Under the pieces are notes generated by a model. That model made no database searches, was not told where the DNA came from, and saw only the letters and a list, made by a program, of their open reading frames with translations. This document shows positions 10,301 to 18,718 of a stretch of 64,000 nt of DNA, piece after piece (the first letter of the stretch is position 1; every line of letters begins with the position of its first letter). A program made the translations under genes and the position numbers. Source of the stretch: Longimicrobiales bacterium (GTDB lineage Bacteria > Gemmatimonadota > Gemmatimonadetes > Longimicrobiales > Gaopeijiaceae); assembly GCA_965116905.1 (NCBI GenBank), contig OZ220732.1:2048001-2112000 (forward strand), written 5' to 3'.

Positions 10301-10520
10301 TCTTGTAGACGCCGCCGGTGGCGGACGCGACGTAGTACTTGATCGGGTCCGACTCGGCGACGGCCAGGTCGACGATGCGGCCGCTCATGACCGCCGGGCC
10401 GATGTTGCGGAGGCGCAGGCCGTCGAGCTGGGCGGTCGTGACCTGGGCCTGGAGAGAGGAGGCGCCGGTGGTCAGGCACGCGACGAGAAGCCAGACGCGG
10501 GAACAGTTGTGCTGGGTCAT
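7377..10520 (-). CDS. Secreted VPS10/sortilin-like BNR (Asp-box) repeat protein, glycosyl-hydrolase-like
   Basis: Signal peptide; LRNIGPAVMSGRI; multiple S.DGG.TW Asp-boxes; GGLQDNGSW; GTHGRGIW. Confidence 0.88.
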   Translation of the reverse strand: MTQHNCSRVWLLVACLTTGASSLQAQVTTAQLDGLRLRNIGPAVMSGRIVDLAVAESDPIKYYVASATGGVYKTSDNGITLDPVFENEGTHSVGAIALHQRDTSIVWVGTGERANRQSSSWGDGVYKSTDGGETWTNMGLRDSKHIGRIALHPDDTDLVYVAAMGHLWGPNEERGLYRSTDGGATWQPILQVDENTGAVDVALDPDQPNIVYAATYQRQRRPWGFHGGGPGSALHRSMDGGDTWERLTGPGITRGLPEDVIGRIGISIYRSDPRIVYVSVEQGYRYNASTAYTERRAGIYRSEDRGDTWELMSDWNPRPMYASQITVDPSDDQRIYMVNSYSFSDDGGRTFTVPPQSLHGDDRLVWVNPSDSRHVMKADDGGLGISYDRGLNWLYISDLPVSQYYRVSVDMAHPYNVNGGLQDNGSWMGPSETWRQNGIVNSDWTRLGGGDGFINLADTTNNTVIYTESQYLGLSRFDTRTGERTAIRPGDPVGHIAGRRNWETWREVGTFEEQRLGNAMAPANWDGPFIISPHDASTLYAGTNIMWRTTDRGDSWQPLGDLTTGTDRRSVPIMGQMPHDNLPSLDDGIPYWPTISAVSESPLRRGLIYAGTDDGRLHVSHDGGERWIDLSARDISDSDGPATSARSAHSAPAAHADFPGLPNGAWVSGIEPSRHDEARVYAVWNNYRNDDYANYLYRSDDYGQTWVSITGDLPADRVLRTVREDLRNPSVLFLGAEIGLYYTMDGGTHWTELRGGMPTLPFNDLVIHPRENDLVLGTHGRGIWILDQINALQELSEVVVGKSAHLFTIEPATQIRRAGRHAHTGDVHYQGENPPLGAIIDYWLGETTGDGTVEVAIQDADGAQVTTVTGTTRQGMNRVVWDMRHEVDVGGGDFAPGPFQRAIRGPLVVPGTYTARLEVAGQDGTAADLAQQFTVREDPRIGASPGTRAAWTATLLDLADALARTNAEMAGVSEALQDIADDDSSPRAAKLRDLAREFGELASRLGRLAGDAEGVVAPLTQDQRSRRDFYMEMLEVLTAEAGEVVSP

Positions 10521-11814
10521 GGTATCTTGGGGGTGGGAAGACGAGTGGGGGTCCGGGCCCCTGAACATCGGCTGCGCGGAGGCTCGCATCAACCGAGGGA
10601 CCCTGCCGAAGCTCGCGATCGGCGTGCTGGTCGGCGTGTTGGTCGGCGTGTTGGTCGCGGTGCATGGATGCGGCGGTGACCCCGGGGAATTCGGGGGCGG
10701 GGTCGGCGGCTCGGAGCTGCCGGAGGCCTGGCGGCTGGATCCGGTGCCCTTGATGAGCGTCGGCGACACGGAGGCGGACCCGCTCTACGAAGTGGCGGGA
10801 ATCGTGATCACGGAGAATCACGTTGTCATCGCCCAGGGGAGCACGGGCACGCTTCGCTTCTACACGCACGCGGGTGCGCTGGACACGGTAGCTGGCGGGA
10901 GAGGCGAGGGACCCGGGGAGTTTGGCGACCTTGAGTGGATGAAGCGGGCCGGCGAGCACCTCTTCGTCTACGATTCGAACGGTCACAAGATCTCGAGATT
11001 CTCCCTGGATGGCCGTCTGCAGAGTTCGATTTCCCTGGTCCGCCCGGAGGACTACCCCGGCGTCTTGACTCTGGACGTCTTTTCGGACGGGTCGTTGCTG
11101 AGCTACGCGGACGATCTGTACACGCCCACCGAACCTGCGGTGCAGCGGATTCCCCGTGCGCTTGTTCTTTCCGACGAGGCGGGCGCGTTCGTTGGGCCGC
11201 TCTTCGCAATCGCTGGCCCGGAGACCTGGTATGAGCCCTTGGGCCGTGCCGGTAGGAGGCAGATGTTTCGGCTGTTCGGCCGCGCTTCGGAAGCCCTGGT
11301 CCTGGACTCCCTGGTCGTGGTTGTGGAAAACGACTCGTACGACATCCCGGTGTACGGGCGTGATGGGGTGGTTCGAGACACGTTGCGCCCCGCGGTGGTG
11401 CCGGAACCGACGCCGCTGCCGAGGGATCAGGCGGACTTCATTCGAGAAACTCTCCTCGACGCCTGGGACCTGGGCGATAGGCGGGGCGAAGTGGAGCGTT
11501 TGGTCGAGGCAATGGGGCTGCCGGAGTACCTGCCCCCCTACGGCTGGCTGTCGCTGGGATACCCGAATCGCCCGCCGGTTAGCGTTGCCGACGGGCTCGT
11601 GTGGGCGCTCCGCTACGGTGGAATCCCGCGGGAAGGCGGCGCGCCCGACGGGCCGGAGTGGTTCGTGTTCGAGCCCGGTGTGGGCCAGATCGCAACACTC
11701 TCATCGCCCGACGATGTCATCCTCTACGACGTTGTGGGCGATCTGGCCGTGGTCCTGCGGCGTACGGACCTCGATGAGGAGATCGTGGAGTTGAGGCGGA
11801 TCGTGGGGAGGTAG
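10519..11814 (+). CDS. Exported 6-bladed beta-propeller-type protein, paralogue 1 (true start uncertain, probably downstream)
   Basis: GGRGEGPGEF; hydrophobic stretch ending VHGC; C-terminal RRTDLDEEIVELRRI. Confidence 0.72.
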   Translation: MVSWGWEDEWGSGPLNIGCAEARINRGTLPKLAIGVLVGVLVGVLVAVHGCGGDPGEFGGGVGGSELPEAWRLDPVPLMSVGDTEADPLYEVAGIVITENHVVIAQGSTGTLRFYTHAGALDTVAGGRGEGPGEFGDLEWMKRAGEHLFVYDSNGHKISRFSLDGRLQSSISLVRPEDYPGVLTLDVFSDGSLLSYADDLYTPTEPAVQRIPRALVLSDEAGAFVGPLFAIAGPETWYEPLGRAGRRQMFRLFGRASEALVLDSLVVVVENDSYDIPVYGRDGVVRDTLRPAVVPEPTPLPRDQADFIRETLLDAWDLGDRRGEVERLVEAMGLPEYLPPYGWLSLGYPNRPPVSVADGLVWALRYGGIPREGGAPDGPEWFVFEPGVGQIATLSSPDDVILYDVVGDLAVVLRRTDLDEEIVELRRIVGR

Positions 11815-11960
11815 GGATCGCCGGGAGAAAGCGGCGGACCACTGCCGACGCACGGGGTAACCGCTCTCACGGCGGGTTGACGGAGGGTCGTATCGCGAGG
11901 AATTGTCGAATATCGACCCATAGACATCCAATATTCAACAATTATGGTAGCGAGCGTGTG

Positions 11961-13190
11961 ATGCAGCGAACCCGGCGGCGCCCCTCCCTGATTGCACTGG
12001 GATGTGCGTTTGTGGTCCTGTTCGCACTATTCGTGTACACTGACCGGTCCGCGGGCCCAGGCGGCCGATTCGGTGGCCGGGACGCTCCGGTTGCCTGGCG
12101 CCTGGCTCCGGAGCCCCTGATGACCGTGGGCGACACCGAAGCGGACCCGCTCTTCGAGGTCACCGGGATCGCGATAACGGAGCGCCACCTCGTGATCGCT
12201 CAGGAGAGCGAGGGCACGTTTCGTTTCTACGACCGGACGGGCACCCTCGAAAAAACGGTCGGAGGGAGGGGCGAGGGACCCGGCGAGTACGGCGGCCTCG
12301 ACTGGATGCGGCGCGTCGGCGACCATCTCTTCGCCTATGATGTCTACGGTCGTGAGGTCTCGAGATACAGCCTGGACGGCCGATTGCTTGGTTCGGTCGC
12401 ACTCTCTCCGCCCGAGGAGTACCTGCCGGGACTCTCGGCATTGGGGGTGTTCCCGAACGGTTCGCTGCTGGCTGACAAGTGGTATCTGAACTGGCCGACG
12501 GACCCGGCTGTAGCTCGCGCGCCCGTCGCGCTTCTTCTCTTCGACGAGGAGGGGGGACTCGCGCACCGGCTGCTCGAAATGGCGGGTCCGGAAATCTGGT
12601 ACGAACCAATGGGCACCACCAGGATGAGGCAGATGATGCGCTTCTTCGGCCGGGTCAGCCACGCGGCGGTCGTCGATTCCCTGTTCGTGGTGCTGGAAAA
12701 CGACTCCTACGACATCCCCGTGTACGGGGCCGATGGGGTCGTGCGGGACACGCTGCGTCCTGCGGTCGTGCCGGACCCGACGCCCTTGACACGATCCCAG
12801 GCGGACTTCTTCCAGCAGGTCGTCCTCGATTCATGGGACGCGGAACTGGGCTCGGGCCGCGGCGAAGTGGAGCGAAGCCTGGCGGCGATGGGGCCCCCCG
12901 AGCACCTGCCTCCCTACGGCTGGTTGTCGCTGATGAGTCCGCATCACAGCCCGATGACGGCGGCGGACGGGCTTGTGTGGGCGCTTCGCTACGGTGGGCT
13001 GCCCCGCGAGGATGGCGGCGTGGATGGCCCCGAATGGTTCGTGCTCAAGCCGGGTGTGGGCCAGATCGCAACCCTTTCCTCGCCGGACAACGTCGTGCTC
13101 GTCGACGTGGCGGGCGACCTGGCTGCAGTGGTGCGGCGTACGGACCTCGACGAGGAGATCGTGGAGTTGAGGAGGATCGTGGGGAGGTAG
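11961..13190 (+). CDS. Exported 6-bladed beta-propeller-type protein, paralogue 2 (tandem duplicate of 1)
   Basis: GGRGEGPGEY; C-terminus nearly identical to the upstream gene. Confidence 0.75.
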   Translation: MQRTRRRPSLIALGCAFVVLFALFVYTDRSAGPGGRFGGRDAPVAWRLAPEPLMTVGDTEADPLFEVTGIAITERHLVIAQESEGTFRFYDRTGTLEKTVGGRGEGPGEYGGLDWMRRVGDHLFAYDVYGREVSRYSLDGRLLGSVALSPPEEYLPGLSALGVFPNGSLLADKWYLNWPTDPAVARAPVALLLFDEEGGLAHRLLEMAGPEIWYEPMGTTRMRQMMRFFGRVSHAAVVDSLFVVLENDSYDIPVYGADGVVRDTLRPAVVPDPTPLTRSQADFFQQVVLDSWDAELGSGRGEVERSLAAMGPPEHLPPYGWLSLMSPHHSPMTAADGLVWALRYGGLPREDGGVDGPEWFVLKPGVGQIATLSSPDNVVLVDVAGDLAAVVRRTDLDEEIVELRRIVGR

Positions 13191-13328
13191 GGCTCTACTC
13201 CGCTGGCCACCGGCCAGGTGCCTCGACACCCTTCACCGGAGAGTGGGCGGGCTCCACCCCGGACCCCGCCTCGCCCGCGGGGGTATCACAAGGGTCCGTG
13301 ACCGTTCACCCTCGATCCCCCCGGTGCC

Positions 13329-14531
13329 ATGCCTAGAATCCTGTTTGCCCTGCCAGGATTGTTGGCTGCGACCTCCCTGCCGCCACCCATCGACGCACAG
13401 GCCCAGTCGCCACCCGACGCCTCGTCATGGACGATCGGGGCTCAGCCGATGGTGGTCGTCGGAAGCCTTGAAGGTGACGCCGGTGGAGAGTTCGCGGCGA
13501 TCGTGGACGTGGTTCGCGGCCCGGACGGGACTCTCGCGGTAGTCGACGATATGCTGTCGGCCATCAGCTTCCATGCGCCGGAGGGGGCTCTGGTGGCCCT
13601 GACCGGCCGTCGGGGCGAGGGACCGGGAGAGTTCCAGCGGATTACCAGTGCCGTCGCAGACCTGCAGGGCCGGCTTTTCGTATTCGACTGGGGACACCAG
13701 CGGATCACCGAGTTCTCCTTCGACGGCACCCGTGTAGGGGACACCAGGCTGATTCGCGGTCCGGACGACCGGCGGATCGGGGGCATCGGGCGATTCGCCG
13801 GCGGAAGCTGGTACGCCTGGGAAGCCGATCAGATACTCGCGTCCGGTCTCGATGAACTGGCCCAGGACACTGTCGCGTACTACCGGTTTGCGGACGGCGA
13901 GGTCGGTGATCTGCTGGGCCGGGTGCCGGGCCGGGTCAGCACCGAATTCAAGGTATTCCTGGGCGGGCCCGCGATTCGGCACGCGCTGTATTCGCCGCGC
14001 CCGCTCGGGGTCGCGTGGGGCGCATGCCTGCTTGTGGGCACGAGCGATGACCCGGAGTTGCGCATTCTGGATAAGACCGGCGCCGATGTCGGGGAACTGC
14101 GCCTCGAAACCGCGGCCGAGCCGACAACGAGGGAACATAGGGACCAATGGGTCGACTCGACCGTCGCCGACGCGGGCGACGAAGCAGGTTTCCTGCAGCG
14201 CATGATGGTGAGGTCGACGGGCAGGAGAGTCCGGATGGCCGAGCGGATCCCCTTCGCGCACACCGTGGTCGTGGACGAACTGGGGTACATCTGGGCCCAG
14301 CGCTTCCGGCCCCCGGAGGGCGAGGGGGGCGCCGAGTGGCATGTCTTCACGGAGACGGGCGCTCTTGCCGGGACGGTGACCCTCCATGACCGATTCAGGG
14401 TCATGGAGATTTCCAGCGATGAGATCGTCGGCGTCCAGACCGGGGACCTGGGCGAGGAGGAGGTGCGGGTGTACGCGCTGGACCGGGGCGCGGATGTGCA
14501 TCGCCGGCCGTTGCCCCTGGCATGCGAATGA
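13329..14531 (+). CDS. Exported 6-bladed beta-propeller-type protein, paralogue 3
   Basis: Signal peptide; GRRGEGPGEF; VVDELGYIW; DLGEEEVRVY. Confidence 0.72.
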   Translation: MPRILFALPGLLAATSLPPPIDAQAQSPPDASSWTIGAQPMVVVGSLEGDAGGEFAAIVDVVRGPDGTLAVVDDMLSAISFHAPEGALVALTGRRGEGPGEFQRITSAVADLQGRLFVFDWGHQRITEFSFDGTRVGDTRLIRGPDDRRIGGIGRFAGGSWYAWEADQILASGLDELAQDTVAYYRFADGEVGDLLGRVPGRVSTEFKVFLGGPAIRHALYSPRPLGVAWGACLLVGTSDDPELRILDKTGADVGELRLETAAEPTTREHRDQWVDSTVADAGDEAGFLQRMMVRSTGRRVRMAERIPFAHTVVVDELGYIWAQRFRPPEGEGGAEWHVFTETGALAGTVTLHDRFRVMEISSDEIVGVQTGDLGEEEVRVYALDRGADVHRRPLPLACE

Positions 14532-15250
14532 CTGCTGATCTCCGGGCAAACGCGCCCCGTCGCGTCGCCGCGGCCGTCGCCCTCGCGGTGGCGCTCGGCG
14601 TCGCGGCGCAACCCGCCCGGGCCTTCCAGGGCAACGTCTCAGTGGGCGTGCGCGCGGGCACACTCGGCTTTGGCGCCGAGGTCGTCACGGCGCTCGATGA
14701 ACGCGTGGCCGTCCGGGCCGGGGCCGGGTTCCTCGGGTTCGATCTCGATCTCACGGGGAGGTTCGGGCTCGCCGGCAACCGCACGGCAGAGCTCTCGCTT
14801 CCGACCGGGCTACTGTCCCTGGGCGTCGAGTTCTCGTTCGCGTCGGGACGGCTGCGTGCGGGCGGCGGCATGGTGATGCGCTCGAACGACCCCGTGCACG
14901 TCATCACGTACGAGAGCGGCGCCTCGATCAGAATCGGCGAAGGCGGGTACCGCCATCCGGAGGTTCTCACCGTGACGACCACCCTGACCTCCGGGACGGC
15001 CGCGCCCTATGTGCTCGTCGGACTCGGATCGAATTCGGTGCGTGGTCTCGGTCTCGTGCTGGACATCGGCGCGGTGTTGAATGTCGCCCCCAGGTTCGAC
15101 ATGACCGCCACCGGCGATCCCACGGTCATGAGCTCCCCCGGATTCCGCGCCGACCTGGAGGCCGAACGGCTGCAGGCCGAGGGCGACGCGTCGATCTTCG
15201 TCAACGTCTGGCCCGTCGTCAGCATCGGCCTGCGTTACGGACTCGGATAG
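14528..15250 (+). CDS. Hypothetical exported protein, putative outer-membrane beta-barrel (paralogue of 30001..30723)
   Basis: Signal peptide; RAGTLGFGAEV; APYVLVGLG; C-terminal WPVVSIGLRY amphipathic strand. Confidence 0.6.
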   Translation: MTADLRANAPRRVAAAVALAVALGVAAQPARAFQGNVSVGVRAGTLGFGAEVVTALDERVAVRAGAGFLGFDLDLTGRFGLAGNRTAELSLPTGLLSLGVEFSFASGRLRAGGGMVMRSNDPVHVITYESGASIRIGEGGYRHPEVLTVTTTLTSGTAAPYVLVGLGSNSVRGLGLVLDIGAVLNVAPRFDMTATGDPTVMSSPGFRADLEAERLQAEGDASIFVNVWPVVSIGLRYGLG

Positions 15251-15297
15251 GGCCCGCCGCGAGCCCGCGAGACTCGGCCGGGGTCGAGTGGCCGCCG

Positions 15298-16416
15298 CTA
15301 ACGCCGGTGAAGCGCCATCGCGCCCCGGATCGCCGCCAGAAACCGCCCCGCCTCCACGATCCGCGTGGCACTCCGTCCCGCCTCGCCGGAATGCGCGAAG
15401 AGATCGGTCACGGTCGCCGACACATCGGCACGGCGCCGCAGGAACCGCTCCAGCGCGAGGGTCTCGGTGAACGGAATCAGGTGGTCCTGACGGCCGTGGA
15501 TGAGGCGGATGGGGGGCAGAGAGCGACCTTCCAGAGCGCTGGCGAGTTCCAGTTGCGGATGCGTCGTGCGGGCGGCCTCGGTGAGGAGGAATGCCATCTC
15601 CCGGGCCCGGCCCGGTTCGGGATCCTGGGCCGCGTCCGGCGCGAACAGGCGGAACAGCTCCCGGTTCTCCGCCGACACCGACTCGATCAGTTCGGCCTTG
15701 AACGGATCGCTGCTCGGCTCCCATGACATGAAGCCGTGGTCGCCGGCCGTCGCCGCGAGTTGCCCGAGCGCGCGGGAGACGTCCTCCGCGCCCTCGTAGC
15801 CCGGAATCCGGTGGAGGTAGTTCGCCGCCACCACCCAGCGCCCGTAGGGGTCGGGACGCAGGTACCCGGTGCGGCCCTTCCACCGGAACTGCCCCGTGAG
15901 CCCGAAGCGAACGGTGGCGAGCAGGTCGTGGTAGCCGCCGTACCCCAGGACGCCCCGCACCAGCCCCCGCGCCGCCAGGTCCGCTCCCGCGATCAGGGCC
16001 TGCGGGCAGCCGAACGACAACCCCACCAGAACGACACCCCCAGGGCGCACGTCCGGGTCGGCGCACATGTACTCCGCCGCGACCTCGAGCGCGCGCAGGG
16101 CGGGCGCCGGATCAAGCTCCAGCCGGCGCCAGGCGACGATCTCGGGGACGATCACGTCGCCGCCGGTGCTGGCCAGAGCGGCCGCGAACCGCACGATCGC
16201 GGTGTGCTCGTGGCCCGGACGCGTGGCGCCGTGGAGCAGTACCCATCCGGGACGCGGACGGCTCCCGGACGCGGGCCGGTAACGGCTGGCGTTCAGGGTC
16301 TCGGCACCCTCGCCGAGCGCCACGCTGTCGACGGCGACTCCCGGGAAGGGCACCCCCGAGGCGGACCGCGTCCAACCCCTCGCGTAGCGAAGGGCATCCA
16401 AGGTGGGGTTGGCCAC
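15298..16416 (-). CDS. Alpha/beta hydrolase
   Basis: LLHG, GLSFG nucleophile elbow, IHGRQDHLIP, FAHS; GTG start chosen. Confidence 0.7.
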   Translation of the reverse strand: MANPTLDALRYARGWTRSASGVPFPGVAVDSVALGEGAETLNASRYRPASGSRPRPGWVLLHGATRPGHEHTAIVRFAAALASTGGDVIVPEIVAWRRLELDPAPALRALEVAAEYMCADPDVRPGGVVLVGLSFGCPQALIAGADLAARGLVRGVLGYGGYHDLLATVRFGLTGQFRWKGRTGYLRPDPYGRWVVAANYLHRIPGYEGAEDVSRALGQLAATAGDHGFMSWEPSSDPFKAELIESVSAENRELFRLFAPDAAQDPEPGRAREMAFLLTEAARTTHPQLELASALEGRSLPPIRLIHGRQDHLIPFTETLALERFLRRRADVSATVTDLFAHSGEAGRSATRIVEAGRFLAAIRGAMALHRR

Positions 16417-16530
16417 GGCAGGGCTCCGGTGATGGTGGGCGGGCGCCGCGCCAGCACCGTGCGGCCGCCTTGCCAATCTAGCAGTCCATGGACAAAATCC
16501 CCCCGGCATTCGAACGGCGAGAGTGGAGCC

Positions 16531-18708
16531 ATGACCGACAACGCGCCGACACCTCCCTGGAAGGCCGCCGCGTGCGCTAGCGCAGGCGTGTTCTTGCTGT
16601 ATGTCCTGACGCTCGCGCCGACTACGGCGTGGTGGGACACCAGCGAGTACATTGCCACCGGCTATACCCTGGGCATCCCGCATCCGCCGGGGAACCCGCT
16701 GTTCGTGACGCTTGCCCGCGTGTGGTCGCTTCTGCTGGCGCCGCTCGGGCTGTCGCCGGCGGTCCGGATCAATCTGTTGGCGGCGGCGACGTCGGCGGGG
16801 GCGTTCTACTTCTTCTTTCTGATCGCGCACAGGACGCTCGCGCAAATGGGTGCGCGGGGCCGGGAAGCGCTGGTCGGGGCGGGCGTTTCCGTGCTCGTGG
16901 GCGCGACCGCGTTTACCGTGTGGAGCCAGAGCAACGCCAACGAGAAGGTGTACACGGTGTCTCTGCTCATCGTGGCCGCGGTCAGCTGGCTGGCTCTGCG
17001 CTGGCGGGACCTGCCGGCGGGCGATCCCCGGGGGAAGCGGATGCTTGTCGCCGCGGTCTATCTGATGGCGCTGGGGTCGACCAACCACCTCATGTCGGTG
17101 CTGCCGGCCGGAGCGGTGTTTCTGTTCGTCGTGCTTGCGAGGCCGGGGGTGCTGATGCGTCCGCGTTTCGTTTCGCGGTGTGTGATGGCGGTGGTGGTGG
17201 GCCTGTCGTTCAACTTCTTTCTGCCCATTCGCGCCGCCCAGCGCCCGGTGATCAACGAGGGGGATCCGCTGTGCGACGGGTTCGTCGAGGCGGCCGCCGC
17301 CATCTACACGAACGGCTATGCGGGGTGTCCGGCGCTGGCGTCGTCGCTGCAGCGCGAACAGTACCTCAAGCCGCCGGTGACCACCCGCATGTCTCCGATG
17401 GGGCACCAGCTGTACAACTTCTACCAGTACTTCGACTGGCAGTGGTCGCGCGGGATGGATCCGGACGAGCAGGTGAGCCCTGCGCGGGGTCCGTTCACGC
17501 TGCTTTTCCTGGCGCTCGGGCTGGCGGGCTTCTACGTCGTCTGGCGAGCGGACCGCTACGCCGGCGTCTACATGGCCGCCCTCATGGCCACGCTGTCGTT
17601 CGGCCTCGTCTTCTACCTCAACTTCCGCTACGGGTTTTCGCTCGCGCCGGAGATCACGAATCCCGACCTGCACGAGGTGAGGGAGCGCGACTACTTCTTC
17701 CTGCTCGGGTTCGCGCTCTGGGGGGTGATGTCGGGCCTGGGGCTGTCCCGGTGCTGGCTGTGGCTGGCCGGCAGGATGGGGAGCGCCGTCAAGGTCGCGC
17801 CCGTGCTGGCGGTGGCGGCCATTCCGTTTGTTCTCAACGTGAACTGGGCCAACCGCGCGGGCGACCATGCGTCACGCGACTGGGCGTACAACCTGTTGAA
17901 CAGCGTCGAGCCGTATGCGCTTCTGTTCACGAACGGGGACAACGACACTTTCCCGCTGTGGTACCTGCAGGAGGTCGAGGGCGTCCGCAAGGACGTGACC
18001 GTGATCGTGGTGCAGTACCTCTTCACCGACTGGTATCCGAAGCAGATCCGGGAACTCACGTCGCCGGACCGGCAGCGGCCGTACGTCGCGGTGGACGGCG
18101 TGCCGTTGGCCGACCGGGAGCCGCCGGCGCGCCCGGCGCTCGGCTTGACCGACGATCAGCTCGCGCAGATCGGGGACGGGAGGTTGCCGGATACCCTCAA
18201 CGTTCGGCTCGGCGACGTGGTGGTGCAGTATCCCGCCGGCATGACGCTGAGGCGCGGACACCGGGTCGCACTGGCCATGATTCGGTCGGTGGCCGGCGAC
18301 CGCCCGGTCTACTTCGCGGGCGCGACCGGCGAGATGGCCCGGATGGGGCTGAGCGGATGGGGCGTGCGCGAGGGTCTCGCCGTGCGGTTGCATCCCCGCG
18401 ATCTGGAGGGGCCGCAGCCGCCTGCCTACCGCAAGGTGCGTGAGGAGCTCGGGGGCGACTGGTTCGACTATCCACGGACCGCGCAGCTGGTCGACGAGGT
18501 CTACACCTACCGTGATATACGCACGCGGCCGATCCTGCCCGACATGTCGACCCGCAACATTCCGCTGCAGTTCTACATCATGACGGCCAAGCTCGCGGTG
18601 ATCGCCACGGAGGAGGGGGACGCGGAGGCCGCGGACCGGTACGGCACGATGTCGATGGACTTCCTGGCGGTCTACCAGGGAGGGACGGAGGCGCCGCGGA
18701 CGAACTAG
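16531..18708 (+). CDS. DUF2723 / TMEM260-like polytopic membrane protein (putative GT-C glycosyltransferase)
   Basis: TLAPT..WWDTSEYI..GIPHPPGNPLF; EVRERDYFF; LFTNGDNDTFPLWYLQEVEG.R.DV. Confidence 0.85.
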   Translation: MTDNAPTPPWKAAACASAGVFLLYVLTLAPTTAWWDTSEYIATGYTLGIPHPPGNPLFVTLARVWSLLLAPLGLSPAVRINLLAAATSAGAFYFFFLIAHRTLAQMGARGREALVGAGVSVLVGATAFTVWSQSNANEKVYTVSLLIVAAVSWLALRWRDLPAGDPRGKRMLVAAVYLMALGSTNHLMSVLPAGAVFLFVVLARPGVLMRPRFVSRCVMAVVVGLSFNFFLPIRAAQRPVINEGDPLCDGFVEAAAAIYTNGYAGCPALASSLQREQYLKPPVTTRMSPMGHQLYNFYQYFDWQWSRGMDPDEQVSPARGPFTLLFLALGLAGFYVVWRADRYAGVYMAALMATLSFGLVFYLNFRYGFSLAPEITNPDLHEVRERDYFFLLGFALWGVMSGLGLSRCWLWLAGRMGSAVKVAPVLAVAAIPFVLNVNWANRAGDHASRDWAYNLLNSVEPYALLFTNGDNDTFPLWYLQEVEGVRKDVTVIVVQYLFTDWYPKQIRELTSPDRQRPYVAVDGVPLADREPPARPALGLTDDQLAQIGDGRLPDTLNVRLGDVVVQYPAGMTLRRGHRVALAMIRSVAGDRPVYFAGATGEMARMGLSGWGVREGLAVRLHPRDLEGPQPPAYRKVREELGGDWFDYPRTAQLVDEVYTYRDIRTRPILPDMSTRNIPLQFYIMTAKLAVIATEEGDAEAADRYGTMSMDFLAVYQGGTEAPRTN

Positions 18709-18718
18709 CCCTTGGCAA

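Noticed and set aside
10700..13192. DGR template/variable repeat pair
   Set aside because: Both copies are full genes, differences do not appear adenine-specific, and there is no reverse transcriptase in the window
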